A stretch of DNA of 64,000 bases from Patescibacteria group bacterium (GTDB lineage Bacteria > Patescibacteriota > Patescibacteriia > Patescibacteriales > XYC2-FULL-47-12). A program made the position numbers and the translations under genes. The first letter of the stretch is position 1. Each line of letters opens with the position of its first letter. Shown one piece after another: positions 19,376-27,424 of this stretch. Location: assembly GCA_041652935.1 (NCBI GenBank), contig JBAZGH010000001.1:7393-71392 (forward strand), given 5' to 3'. A model generated the notes under the pieces. It made no database searches. It was not told the origin of the DNA and saw nothing but the letters and a program-made list of their open reading frames with translations.

Positions 19376-20042
19376 TATTTTAGTAATAGCTGCCCATCCT
19401 GATGACGAAATATTAGGCATAGGCGGTACAATTTTAAAGCATATTAAAAACGGTGATCAAGTTAGCATCTTAATCCTAGGGGATGGTGAAAGTTCAAGAA
19501 TGAGTGCGACTGCGGTTGATATTGCAAAAAGAAAAGAACAAGTTAAAGAAGTAGCTAAAAAATTAAAAATTAAAAATATTTTTATTGATGAATTACCTGA
19601 TAATAAATTTGATTCAGTAAGTTTGCTAGAAATAATTAAAAAAATAGAAACTATAATAAATAAGATAAAACCAAATATTATTTATACACATCATGCGCAT
19701 GATTTAAACATTGATCATTGTTTGACTTTTCAAGCAGTGTTAACTGTTTGTCGACCTCAGCCAGATTTTTTTGTGAAAAAAATATTAACCTTTGAAACTT
19801 TATCTTCAACCGAATGGCAAATTAAAAATGGACAAAATAATTTTTGTCCAAACGAATATGTTAATATTGAAAAATTTATTAATAAAAAAATTGAAATTTT
19901 AGAGATATACAAAGATGAATTGAGAGATTGCCCTCATCCTCGTTCGATTGAAGGTGTAAAAGTTTTAGCCAAATATAGAGGAATGGAAGTCGGTTATAAA
20001 TACGCTGAAGCTTTTCAAGTAATTAGAAACTTAAATGATTAA
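19347..20042 (+). CDS. PIG-L/LmbE-family N-acetylglucosaminyl deacetylase
   Basis: 231 aa. AAHPDDEILGIGGT is the LmbE zinc-site motif. Confidence 0.75.
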   Translation: MLMLKYMKNNILVIAAHPDDEILGIGGTILKHIKNGDQVSILILGDGESSRMSATAVDIAKRKEQVKEVAKKLKIKNIFIDELPDNKFDSVSLLEIIKKIETIINKIKPNIIYTHHAHDLNIDHCLTFQAVLTVCRPQPDFFVKKILTFETLSSTEWQIKNGQNNFCPNEYVNIEKFINKKIEILEIYKDELRDCPHPRSIEGVKVLAKYRGMEVGYKYAEAFQVIRNLND

Positions 20043-20050
20043 ACAATAAA

Positions 20051-21433
20051 TTACCCCCCGCTCGCATCCCGCCCCAACAACACAGTCCGAATAGTTTTGA
20101 GCATAATAACCAGGTCTAAAAATAAGGACCTGTTTTTTATATAGTATAAATCGTACTGCAGTTTTTTTACCGTGTCCTCTACCGTCGGAGAGTGGTATTC
20201 GCCGCAGACCTGGTCCCAACCGGAAATTCCCGGCTTAACCAGGGTGCGCTCGTTGTAAAAAGGAATTTGTTCTTGCAGTTGGCTTGCCAGATTAGGCCGC
20301 TCCGGACGGGGCCCGATTAAACTCATTTCACCTTTTAAAATATTTATCACTTGCGGTATTTCATCAATTCTAGTATTGCGTAAGAAGTAACCAAACTTAG
20401 TAATGCGGGCATCGTTAGGAACGGTTGGCCGCCCAGTATTTCCCTCCTCGCGCATTGTCCGGAATTTTATTAAGTTAATCGGCCTATTATTTTTTCCGGC
20501 CCGTTCTTGCCTATAAAATATTGTACCGCGGCTTTCTATTTTTATAATGGCTGCGATAATTGGCCAAAACGGCAGGGTGATTAGAAAAATAAAAAGGGCG
20601 ATAATTATATCATAGACCCTTTTTATTTTATCAAACCATGATTTTCCGCCCTCCTGCAGATTTTCTAAAAACCACATTTGGTTAATTGATTCTACTGGAA
20701 TTTTGCCGGTTATTTTTTCATAGAAGTTCGGCAGGCTGGAAAAATTTATTCCCAAGTGCAGGCAGTCAAATAAATTTGATCGGATTTCATTTGAGGTTTG
20801 GGCATCATCAGTCAAAATGACCGAGGAAATTTTATGTTCCAGCAGGTATTTTTTAATATTGGCAATGTCTTTATAATGTTTTACTTCATATAATCCCCGC
20901 TCATAGATATCGCCCTTATATAATACGAAAGATATCCTTAGCCCTAAATGCGGATTATCATTAAAATATTTTATCAATTCTTTTGTTTTTTCGTTATATC
21001 CGATAATCGCTATTTTATTTTTCGGCAAATAAGACTTCAGCGTTTTATTATAAATCTGCCGCCAGATTAAAAATAAAGCCGCGGTAATGACAATATCAAT
21101 CAAAAGATTCCTTTTCGGCGCGATGTTTAAATTAGGCATTAAATAGAAGAAAGCGGAGCCGAGCAGGAAGGAAAAAAACAAAGCCAGCGCGGTATGGGTA
21201 TAAAATTTAGCGTTATTAATCGCGATGGTAAGGTCGTATAAATTGCTGATATAAAAAATCAGCAGCCATAAAATAAAAACGGCTGTAAACGGGCCGATAT
21301 GGTCGGGCCATTGGCGCGGCATGGTTTCGTTCCCATATCTAACCAGCAGAGTTAAATACAATGAAACATATAGTATGCCGATATCGCCCAGCAGAAGAAG
21401 GTATTTTTTAAATTGGAGTGAGTAGTACTTCAT
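20051..21433 (-). CDS. Undecaprenyl-phosphate sugar phosphotransferase (WbaP/PglC-type initiating 'bacterial sugar transferase')
   Basis: 460 aa. The N-terminal half has multiple transmembrane segments. The C-terminal catalytic domain carries the hallmark SLIGPRPERP. GC looks higher than its neighbours. Confidence 0.8.
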   Translation of the reverse strand: MKYYSLQFKKYLLLLGDIGILYVSLYLTLLVRYGNETMPRQWPDHIGPFTAVFILWLLIFYISNLYDLTIAINNAKFYTHTALALFFSFLLGSAFFYLMPNLNIAPKRNLLIDIVITAALFLIWRQIYNKTLKSYLPKNKIAIIGYNEKTKELIKYFNDNPHLGLRISFVLYKGDIYERGLYEVKHYKDIANIKKYLLEHKISSVILTDDAQTSNEIRSNLFDCLHLGINFSSLPNFYEKITGKIPVESINQMWFLENLQEGGKSWFDKIKRVYDIIIALFIFLITLPFWPIIAAIIKIESRGTIFYRQERAGKNNRPINLIKFRTMREEGNTGRPTVPNDARITKFGYFLRNTRIDEIPQVINILKGEMSLIGPRPERPNLASQLQEQIPFYNERTLVKPGISGWDQVCGEYHSPTVEDTVKKLQYDLYYIKNRSLFLDLVIMLKTIRTVLLGRDASGG

Positions 21434-21626
21434 GGGTAGGATTATAGTATATTTTTAAGATAAAAGCAAGTTTAGTTTATCTGAGCGCCAAGAGTTTTTG
21501 GCGCTGGATTTATTTACATTTTTTATTTTTTATGTTATCATATTCGGAACGCTGCTTTAGTTTTAAAAAGCAGTTTTTAGATAGGTCTTTGTAAAAAAAC
21601 GAAAAAAACGAATAGGAGACGGTGCT

Positions 21627-23297
21627 ATGACAAAAAAAATGTTAGCAGAGCTGTTTGTCAGAGCTATCGACCCACAATTTGGAGAAGACAACATCTATCG
21701 GAATCCAGCCCAAATAACCATTTCCTTGGGACCGGTAATGATCGCGACTGTTGTCCAGGAGCGCGTAGCAGGTGTAGAAGCTGAAGTTGTGTCGGAAAAC
21801 AATTTCCGGCCATTTCTAAGAAAAGCTCCCTTGGACGGGAGGGGAATGCCCGACCATCTGGCTTTGCAAAAAGAGCGACCGGCAGAATTCATTTTTATCT
21901 CGGCGAGCATCAGCAACGCGGTCCCACGGGCGCTGGAACTCATCGGCATTTACCGCAACATGCCCGAGGAGCTAAGACCGAAATGGATTGTGGTCGGCGG
22001 CTGGCATGCCGGAGACAGCCCCAAGGAATTTCTGCTTGCCGGGGCCGATATCGTCGTCCATGGCGAAGGCGAGCCCGTCGTTAAGTCAATTATTGACGCG
22101 CTAAAAGGCGATTTGCCGCTGGAAAAAGTGCCTGGGATTTCCTATTGGTCGGCGGACGGGCAGATAAAAAGGAATCCGGTTTTTGACAAGCGCTATGAAG
22201 GGGAAGAGGGGTTTATTATCGTTCCGCCCGAAGAGATGGACCTTTTGCCTTACCCGAATTTCGGACTGGTGCGCTGGGCAAAAATAGAGATAATACCCAT
22301 AAGCAGAACAAGGGGTTGCGGCGGGAAGTGCCGTTTCTGCCGAGTTAAGGGAGAAGCGAGAGTTATTTCCCCAAAACGCCTTGCGGAACAGATAGAATCT
22401 CTGTGCAGCCAGGGGTATAGGCGATTTTTCCTAGTCGACGATCGCTCGGAAGAGGATATGGAAGGATTCATCGCTTGGTTGCAAGAAATAGTGAAATTGC
22501 GAAGGGAGAGGAAAATCCGGTGGATCTACATTACGGTCCAAAGCCGGTTATCCGCCGCCAATGACGAAGAACTGCTGCGGCTGATGCACGAGGCGGGAAT
22601 ACAGACAGTGGCAATCGGGGTTGAATCGGTTATTCCTGAAGAGTTGAGGGCCATGAAGAAGCCTATGAGCCAAGACCTTAATGAAATCGTCAGATTGATC
22701 AAGGTTTGGAAAAAACATGGCTTTTTCACGCATGCGATGCTCATCTTCGGCTATCCAATGCCATCCAAATCCAATCCGTTCCGCATGGATATTAAAGAGC
22801 GCGTCGCCAGATTCTGGTATTTTATCAAGGAGGCAAATCCGGACACGTTGCAGGTTTTAGCCTTAACGCCGATTCTGGGTACAGAGGACTGGCGAGATCT
22901 TGAAAGTCAAAACAGGATCTTCAGGGACTTGGGATGGCAGAATTGGGACGGCCTGCATGTGGTTTTCAGGCCGGATGAGCCCTTAACCGCCCCGCAGGTG
23001 CAGAGGGCTATTATTTATCTGCAGGACAGGTTTTATTCTTTTCTGTGGCTTAACATTCACGGAATTGCTTCTGTGGCGTTGAGAGCTTGCTATATCGGAT
23101 TGCTTGCGTTGGCTATGCCCTTTGTCTGGGCGCTTCTAATGCCTTTTAAGGGATTGGTTCCTAAATTAGCTTTTCGGCCCTGGCACAGGGTATGGCGCAA
23201 CACTATTCGCCGTCTTGGAGCCCAACTGATAGTTTTACGGGTTAAGGAAAAGCTTATTCCCTTCCTGCAAAAACTTGAAGAGCGTGAAGAACGTTAA
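21627..23297 (+). CDS. B12-binding-domain radical SAM protein with a C-terminal hydrophobic membrane anchor
   Basis: 556 aa. There is an N-terminal Rossmann-like B12-binding region. CGGKCRFC is a CX3CX2C motif. The C-terminal about 60 aa are hydrophobic. The gene is markedly GC-rich. Confidence 0.65.
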   Translation: MTKKMLAELFVRAIDPQFGEDNIYRNPAQITISLGPVMIATVVQERVAGVEAEVVSENNFRPFLRKAPLDGRGMPDHLALQKERPAEFIFISASISNAVPRALELIGIYRNMPEELRPKWIVVGGWHAGDSPKEFLLAGADIVVHGEGEPVVKSIIDALKGDLPLEKVPGISYWSADGQIKRNPVFDKRYEGEEGFIIVPPEEMDLLPYPNFGLVRWAKIEIIPISRTRGCGGKCRFCRVKGEARVISPKRLAEQIESLCSQGYRRFFLVDDRSEEDMEGFIAWLQEIVKLRRERKIRWIYITVQSRLSAANDEELLRLMHEAGIQTVAIGVESVIPEELRAMKKPMSQDLNEIVRLIKVWKKHGFFTHAMLIFGYPMPSKSNPFRMDIKERVARFWYFIKEANPDTLQVLALTPILGTEDWRDLESQNRIFRDLGWQNWDGLHVVFRPDEPLTAPQVQRAIIYLQDRFYSFLWLNIHGIASVALRACYIGLLALAMPFVWALLMPFKGLVPKLAFRPWHRVWRNTIRRLGAQLIVLRVKEKLIPFLQKLEEREER

Positions 23298-23308
23298 ATT
23301 TCTAATAA

Positions 23309-23345
23309 CCCCGTTTGAGTTAACACCTCAGCGGGTTTTTATTTT
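23309..23345 (+). terminator. Rho-independent terminator after the radical SAM gene
   Basis: An interrupted GC stem CCCG..TGAG / CTCA.CGGG is followed by TTTTTATTTT. Confidence 0.5.
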
Positions 23346-23383
23346 AAGTTGAATAACTATAAATAATCTGCTATATTAAATAC

Positions 23384-24403
23384 ATGAATAACGACAAAAA
23401 ATATGAATTTAACTGGCCGTTTTTCGGCAACCAGCACATCATCGATTTTTTACAGACCGGGATAAGCAATAACAGCCTGTCGCACTTTTATATTTTTTCC
23501 GGACCGCGGGATTTGGGGAAGTCAACGCTGGCTAATTTTTTTTCCCGTTCAATTTTGTGCGAAAATTTTAATGCCAAAAGAGGAAAACTGCCCTGTGGCG
23601 AATGCGTAAATTGCCGGCAGAAAAAGCACAGCGATATTACTGTGGTTGAAAAAGAAGCGGATAAAAAAAATATATCAATCGAGCAAATCAGGGAATTCAT
23701 AAAAATGATGAATATGGGTTCGTTTGGCAATTCCTATAAAATAGGAATTATCAGGGAAGCTGAAAATTTAAGCATTGAAGCGGCCAACGCGCTTTTAAAA
23801 ACACTGGAAGAACCAAAAAATAAAGTTTTAATAATAGCCCTTACTTCTTGGCTGGATAAATTGCCGCTGACGGTTAAATCCCGCGGCCAGACGCTTCTTT
23901 TTAAGCCCACAAGCCATGCCGGCATTTATGATTATTTAATAAAAGAGCATAAAGCGTCGCGCGACTTTGCCCTGAAACTTTCAAAAATATCAGTCGGCCG
24001 GCCGGCTTTGGCTGCCAAGTTGTTTCAGGAGGAAGAATTATTTAAACAGAGAAAACAAACCGCTGAATCGCTGATTAATGTTATAAGGGGGGATTTAAAT
24101 TTAAAATTTAAAGAAATAGATAGTTTATTGGGCGCGGGAAAAAATACTCAAGAGCAGAGGGAAAACGCCTTATTTATCTTAGAAATTTGGCAGACTATCG
24201 CCAGGGATCTTTTAATGATTCAGTCCGGATTGAGCGAATTTTCTATAAATGGATTTTCCTCTTCAGAATTAAATAGATTAAATTTAAACAGCCATGGTCT
24301 GATAATGCTGAATGACAATATTAAAAAAGGAAGGGGATATTTAGCCGCTAATGTTAATCCTAAATTAGTTTTGGAAAATATCTGCCTACAAATTACGAAT
24401 TAG
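23384..24403 (+). CDS. holB: DNA polymerase III delta' subunit
   Basis: 339 aa. FSGPRDLGKSTLANFF is an AAA+ Walker A-like motif. A C-x-x-C zinc module and a T.SW motif are present. Confidence 0.7.
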   Translation: MNNDKKYEFNWPFFGNQHIIDFLQTGISNNSLSHFYIFSGPRDLGKSTLANFFSRSILCENFNAKRGKLPCGECVNCRQKKHSDITVVEKEADKKNISIEQIREFIKMMNMGSFGNSYKIGIIREAENLSIEAANALLKTLEEPKNKVLIIALTSWLDKLPLTVKSRGQTLLFKPTSHAGIYDYLIKEHKASRDFALKLSKISVGRPALAAKLFQEEELFKQRKQTAESLINVIRGDLNLKFKEIDSLLGAGKNTQEQRENALFILEIWQTIARDLLMIQSGLSEFSINGFSSSELNRLNLNSHGLIMLNDNIKKGRGYLAANVNPKLVLENICLQITN

Positions 24404-24406
24404 TTT

Positions 24407-24483
24407 ATAAAGTTTAAAAGTTGAAAGTTAAAAAGTTCTTGTAAATAAAATACTTTTTAACTTTTAACTTTCTAACTTTTAAT
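24407..24483. repeat. Imperfect palindrome built from AAAGTTN and AACTTTN heptamers around a conserved loop TGTAAATAAAATACTTT (copy A of a family)
   Basis: Read directly. The left arm is aaagtttaaaagttgaaagttaaaaagt and the right arm is actttttaacttttaactttctaacttt. Confidence 0.7.
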
Positions 24484-24496
24484 TAATAATTATTAT

Positions 24497-25612
24497 ATGT
24501 TTAAACAACACAAAAAAGTTATATCACTTATTTTATTATTATTTGTCGCTTTGGGTTTGAGCGGCTGCAGCATTACCTTCGGGACTTCAAGCAATTCTTC
24601 AATGATTGACGGAGGGGTTTATAAGAGTTTTAACCGGGGTGTTGTTTGGAAGCAAAATTCCCTGGTCGCCTCAACCGGCAGCAAGGCAGTAAGTTTTAAT
24701 TCCGCCAACGTGGTCGCGTTAGCGATTGATCCGCAGGATGAGAACGCGATTTACGCCGGCACAGACAACGGTGGAATGCTTTATTCATACGACGGCGGAG
24801 CCAGCTGGAGCGTTGCCCGCGACTTAGGAAAAAGGTATGTGAAAGACATAAAAATAAGCCCGGTTGATAAATGCACAATTTATATTGCTTCCGAGAATAA
24901 AGTATTTAAGTCCGACGACTGCAGCCGGACATGGGATGATGTGTATTATGATAATAATACCGGCGTAATGATAAGAAGTTTAGCAATAGACCCCAGAAAT
25001 GAAAATATAATTTATGCCGGAACTTCGCGGGGAGATGTCATCACATCCTCAGATGCCGGAAAATCATGGAGCGCGCTGAAAAGATTCAGCGAAGATAAAT
25101 TATTCCGCGGCAAGAGCGAGATGAATATTATAAAAATTATTGTCAACCCAAAAAACAGTAATAATTTATGGATAGCCACCGAAGCCAACGGAGTCTTTAA
25201 AAGTATGGATAGGGGGGCGACTTGGCAGAGTTTTGAAGAAGAGTTTAAAGAAATTAACACTTCTAATTCAATATTAGTCAGTGATTTTGATCTTTTTGCC
25301 GGAGACGGGAAAACTATTATAGTTGCTACTAAAGCTGGATTATTAAGAAGTTTTGACGCCGGCGCGCATTGGCAGGTAGTTGATTTAGTCCCTCCATCAG
25401 ACAGCACCGCCATTAACGCGGTTAGGATGCATCCAACCGACGCCAGCATTATCTATTACGCTACAAACACCTCGTTTGGCAGCACAGACGACGGCGGGCA
25501 GGAATGGACCTCAAAGAAACTGCCAAGCACCCGGGCTGGCGCAGTTTTAATATCTGATCCAAGTGATTCTGACGTAGTTTATTTAGGAGTCAAATCAATA
25601 GTTCAGAAATAA
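24497..25612 (+). CDS. Lipoprotein with five BNR/Asp-box repeats (beta-propeller)
   Basis: 371 aa. The lipobox is LSGCS. Five S-x-D-x-G-x-x-W boxes are present: SYDGGASW, SSDAGKSW, SMDRGATW, SFDAGAHW, STDDGGQEW. Confidence 0.65.
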   Translation: MFKQHKKVISLILLLFVALGLSGCSITFGTSSNSSMIDGGVYKSFNRGVVWKQNSLVASTGSKAVSFNSANVVALAIDPQDENAIYAGTDNGGMLYSYDGGASWSVARDLGKRYVKDIKISPVDKCTIYIASENKVFKSDDCSRTWDDVYYDNNTGVMIRSLAIDPRNENIIYAGTSRGDVITSSDAGKSWSALKRFSEDKLFRGKSEMNIIKIIVNPKNSNNLWIATEANGVFKSMDRGATWQSFEEEFKEINTSNSILVSDFDLFAGDGKTIIVATKAGLLRSFDAGAHWQVVDLVPPSDSTAINAVRMHPTDASIIYYATNTSFGSTDDGGQEWTSKKLPSTRAGAVLISDPSDSDVVYLGVKSIVQK

Positions 25613-25630
25613 TTAAATAAATTTATAAAT

Positions 25631-26185
25631 ATGAACCAATACATTCAACAATATCAAGGAGAATTAACGCAGGCGATTGAGCATTTTAAAAAAGAAATTG
25701 CCAGCATCCGCACCGGGCGGGCAAACCCGGCCATATTGGACGCCGTACAAGTTGAATCTTACGGCGTTAAAGTCCCGTTACAGCAAGTGGGCAATATTTC
25801 AGTAGTTGACGCGCATTGCATGACCATAACTCCCTGGGATAAAAATATATTAAAAGAGGTTGAAAAAGGAATTGTAGAGGCAGACCTGGGAATTTCACCG
25901 GTTAACGAGGGTGATAAAATAAGAATTACTATTCCCCAGCCGACCGAAGAAGACCGCAAAAGCAGGGTAAAGAAACTAAATGAAAAATTGGAAGTTTCCC
26001 GCGTGCAAATAAGGCAAGCCAGAGATAAGATAAAAGACGCCATAGAAAAAGCGGAAGACGATAAAGATATTTCCGAGGATGATAAATTCAGGTTTTTGAA
26101 GGAAATGGAAGAAATAGTAAAGAACAACAATGATAAATTGCAAGAAATAAGAGACGGCAAGGAGAAGGAGATAATGACCATCTAA
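25631..26185 (+). CDS. frr: Ribosome recycling factor
   Basis: 184 aa. IASIRTGRANPAILD is the RRF signature. Confidence 0.85.
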   Translation: MNQYIQQYQGELTQAIEHFKKEIASIRTGRANPAILDAVQVESYGVKVPLQQVGNISVVDAHCMTITPWDKNILKEVEKGIVEADLGISPVNEGDKIRITIPQPTEEDRKSRVKKLNEKLEVSRVQIRQARDKIKDAIEKAEDDKDISEDDKFRFLKEMEEIVKNNNDKLQEIRDGKEKEIMTI

Positions 26186-26187
26186 GT

Positions 26188-26266
26188 TAGAAAGTTGAAA
26201 GTCAAAAGTTATAAAGTGCCTGTAAACAAAATACTTTCTAACTTTCAACTTTTAAACTTTTAACTT
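26188..26266. repeat. Copy B of the AAAGTT/AACTTT palindromic element, sharing the loop TGTAAACAAAATACTTT
   Basis: agaaagttgaaagtcaaaagtt ... actttctaactttcaacttttaaactttt. It is about 75% identical to copy A. Confidence 0.7.
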
Positions 26267-26271
26267 ACACT

Positions 26272-27420
26272 ATGTTCACAACAATTATTATATTTTTAGT
26301 TATTTTATCTATTCTAGTTTTTGCCCACGAACTGGGACATTTTTGGACTGCCAAGAAACTGGGCTTAACGCCCAAAGAGTTTGGCTTTGGTTTTCCTCCC
26401 AGAATTGGAGGGTTTTATAAAACTAAGCAAGGCAAATGGCGTTGGAAATGGGGGGGCGGTAAAATAGAAAATATAACGGGAACAATTTACTCAATAAATT
26501 ATCTGCCATTGGGAGGATTTGTTAATGTCGGCGAAGATGATGACATTGGAGGAGACGAAGAGTTAAAAAATGACCCAAAACATTTTAAAAACCAAAAGCC
26601 ATGGAAGCGAGGTGTGATTTTAACCGCCGGGGTGGTGATGAATTTAATACTGGCGGCCGTATTTTTTTCTATCGGCTATATGATTGGTTTGCCTAAAGTT
26701 GTGGATGAGGTTGGTCCGGGAGCGCGGTTTTCGGAAAAAAATATCCAAGTTGTCCAGATTCTTAGCAATACTCCGGCCGAGGAAGCGGGAGTTAAGGTGG
26801 GGGATATAATCATATCGATAAATGGGCAGGAATTTGCAAATTACAAAGATTTAAGCGATTTTGCCGCTTCTAAAAATAATGAACAGCTTGATTATAAAAT
26901 TAAGCGCGGCAAAGAAGAGCTGGATTTAATGATTGTTCCAGAGCCGATTTTTGAAAATGACAATATACCGGGAATTGGAATCGCGATTGCCGAAACCGGC
27001 TTAGTTAGTTATCCATGGTATCTGGCGATTTGGGAAGGTATAAAAACAACCATATTTTTAACCTGGTATATCATAGTTGCTTTTGCAGTTCTGATTAAAA
27101 GTTTAATAATGGGTCATGGAGCCGGGGTGGAAATAGCCGGACCGGTTGGAATCGCCAATATGACGGGGCAGATGGCGCAGCTGGGCTTTGTTTATATTCT
27201 GCAGTTTTCCGCTATTTTATCGATTAACCTGGCGATTATAAATTATTTGCCGTTTCCGGCGCTGGATGGCGGGCGGGTGTTATTTTTAATTATAGAAAAA
27301 TTCCGCGGCAAGCCGGTTTCGGAAAAAGTAGAAGCCTTTATGCATAATTTGGGCTTTATATTATTAATGCTCGCGGTTGCGGTTGTAACTCTTAGGGATG
27401 TGTTAAAATTGTTTAATTAA
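26272..27420 (+). CDS. rseP: RIP zinc metalloprotease (site-2 protease, RseP-like) with a PDZ domain
   Basis: 382 aa. It has HELGHF (HExxH), a PDZ domain in the middle and the C-terminal LDGG motif. Confidence 0.8.
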   Translation: MFTTIIIFLVILSILVFAHELGHFWTAKKLGLTPKEFGFGFPPRIGGFYKTKQGKWRWKWGGGKIENITGTIYSINYLPLGGFVNVGEDDDIGGDEELKNDPKHFKNQKPWKRGVILTAGVVMNLILAAVFFSIGYMIGLPKVVDEVGPGARFSEKNIQVVQILSNTPAEEAGVKVGDIIISINGQEFANYKDLSDFAASKNNEQLDYKIKRGKEELDLMIVPEPIFENDNIPGIGIAIAETGLVSYPWYLAIWEGIKTTIFLTWYIIVAFAVLIKSLIMGHGAGVEIAGPVGIANMTGQMAQLGFVYILQFSAILSINLAIINYLPFPALDGGRVLFLIIEKFRGKPVSEKVEAFMHNLGFILLMLAVAVVTLRDVLKLFN

Positions 27421-27424
27421 ATAA

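Noticed and set aside
24497-25612. Calling the BNR lipoprotein a sialidase.
   Set aside because: Asp-boxes alone are not diagnostic and no FRIP motif is seen. It is kept only as a low-confidence lead.
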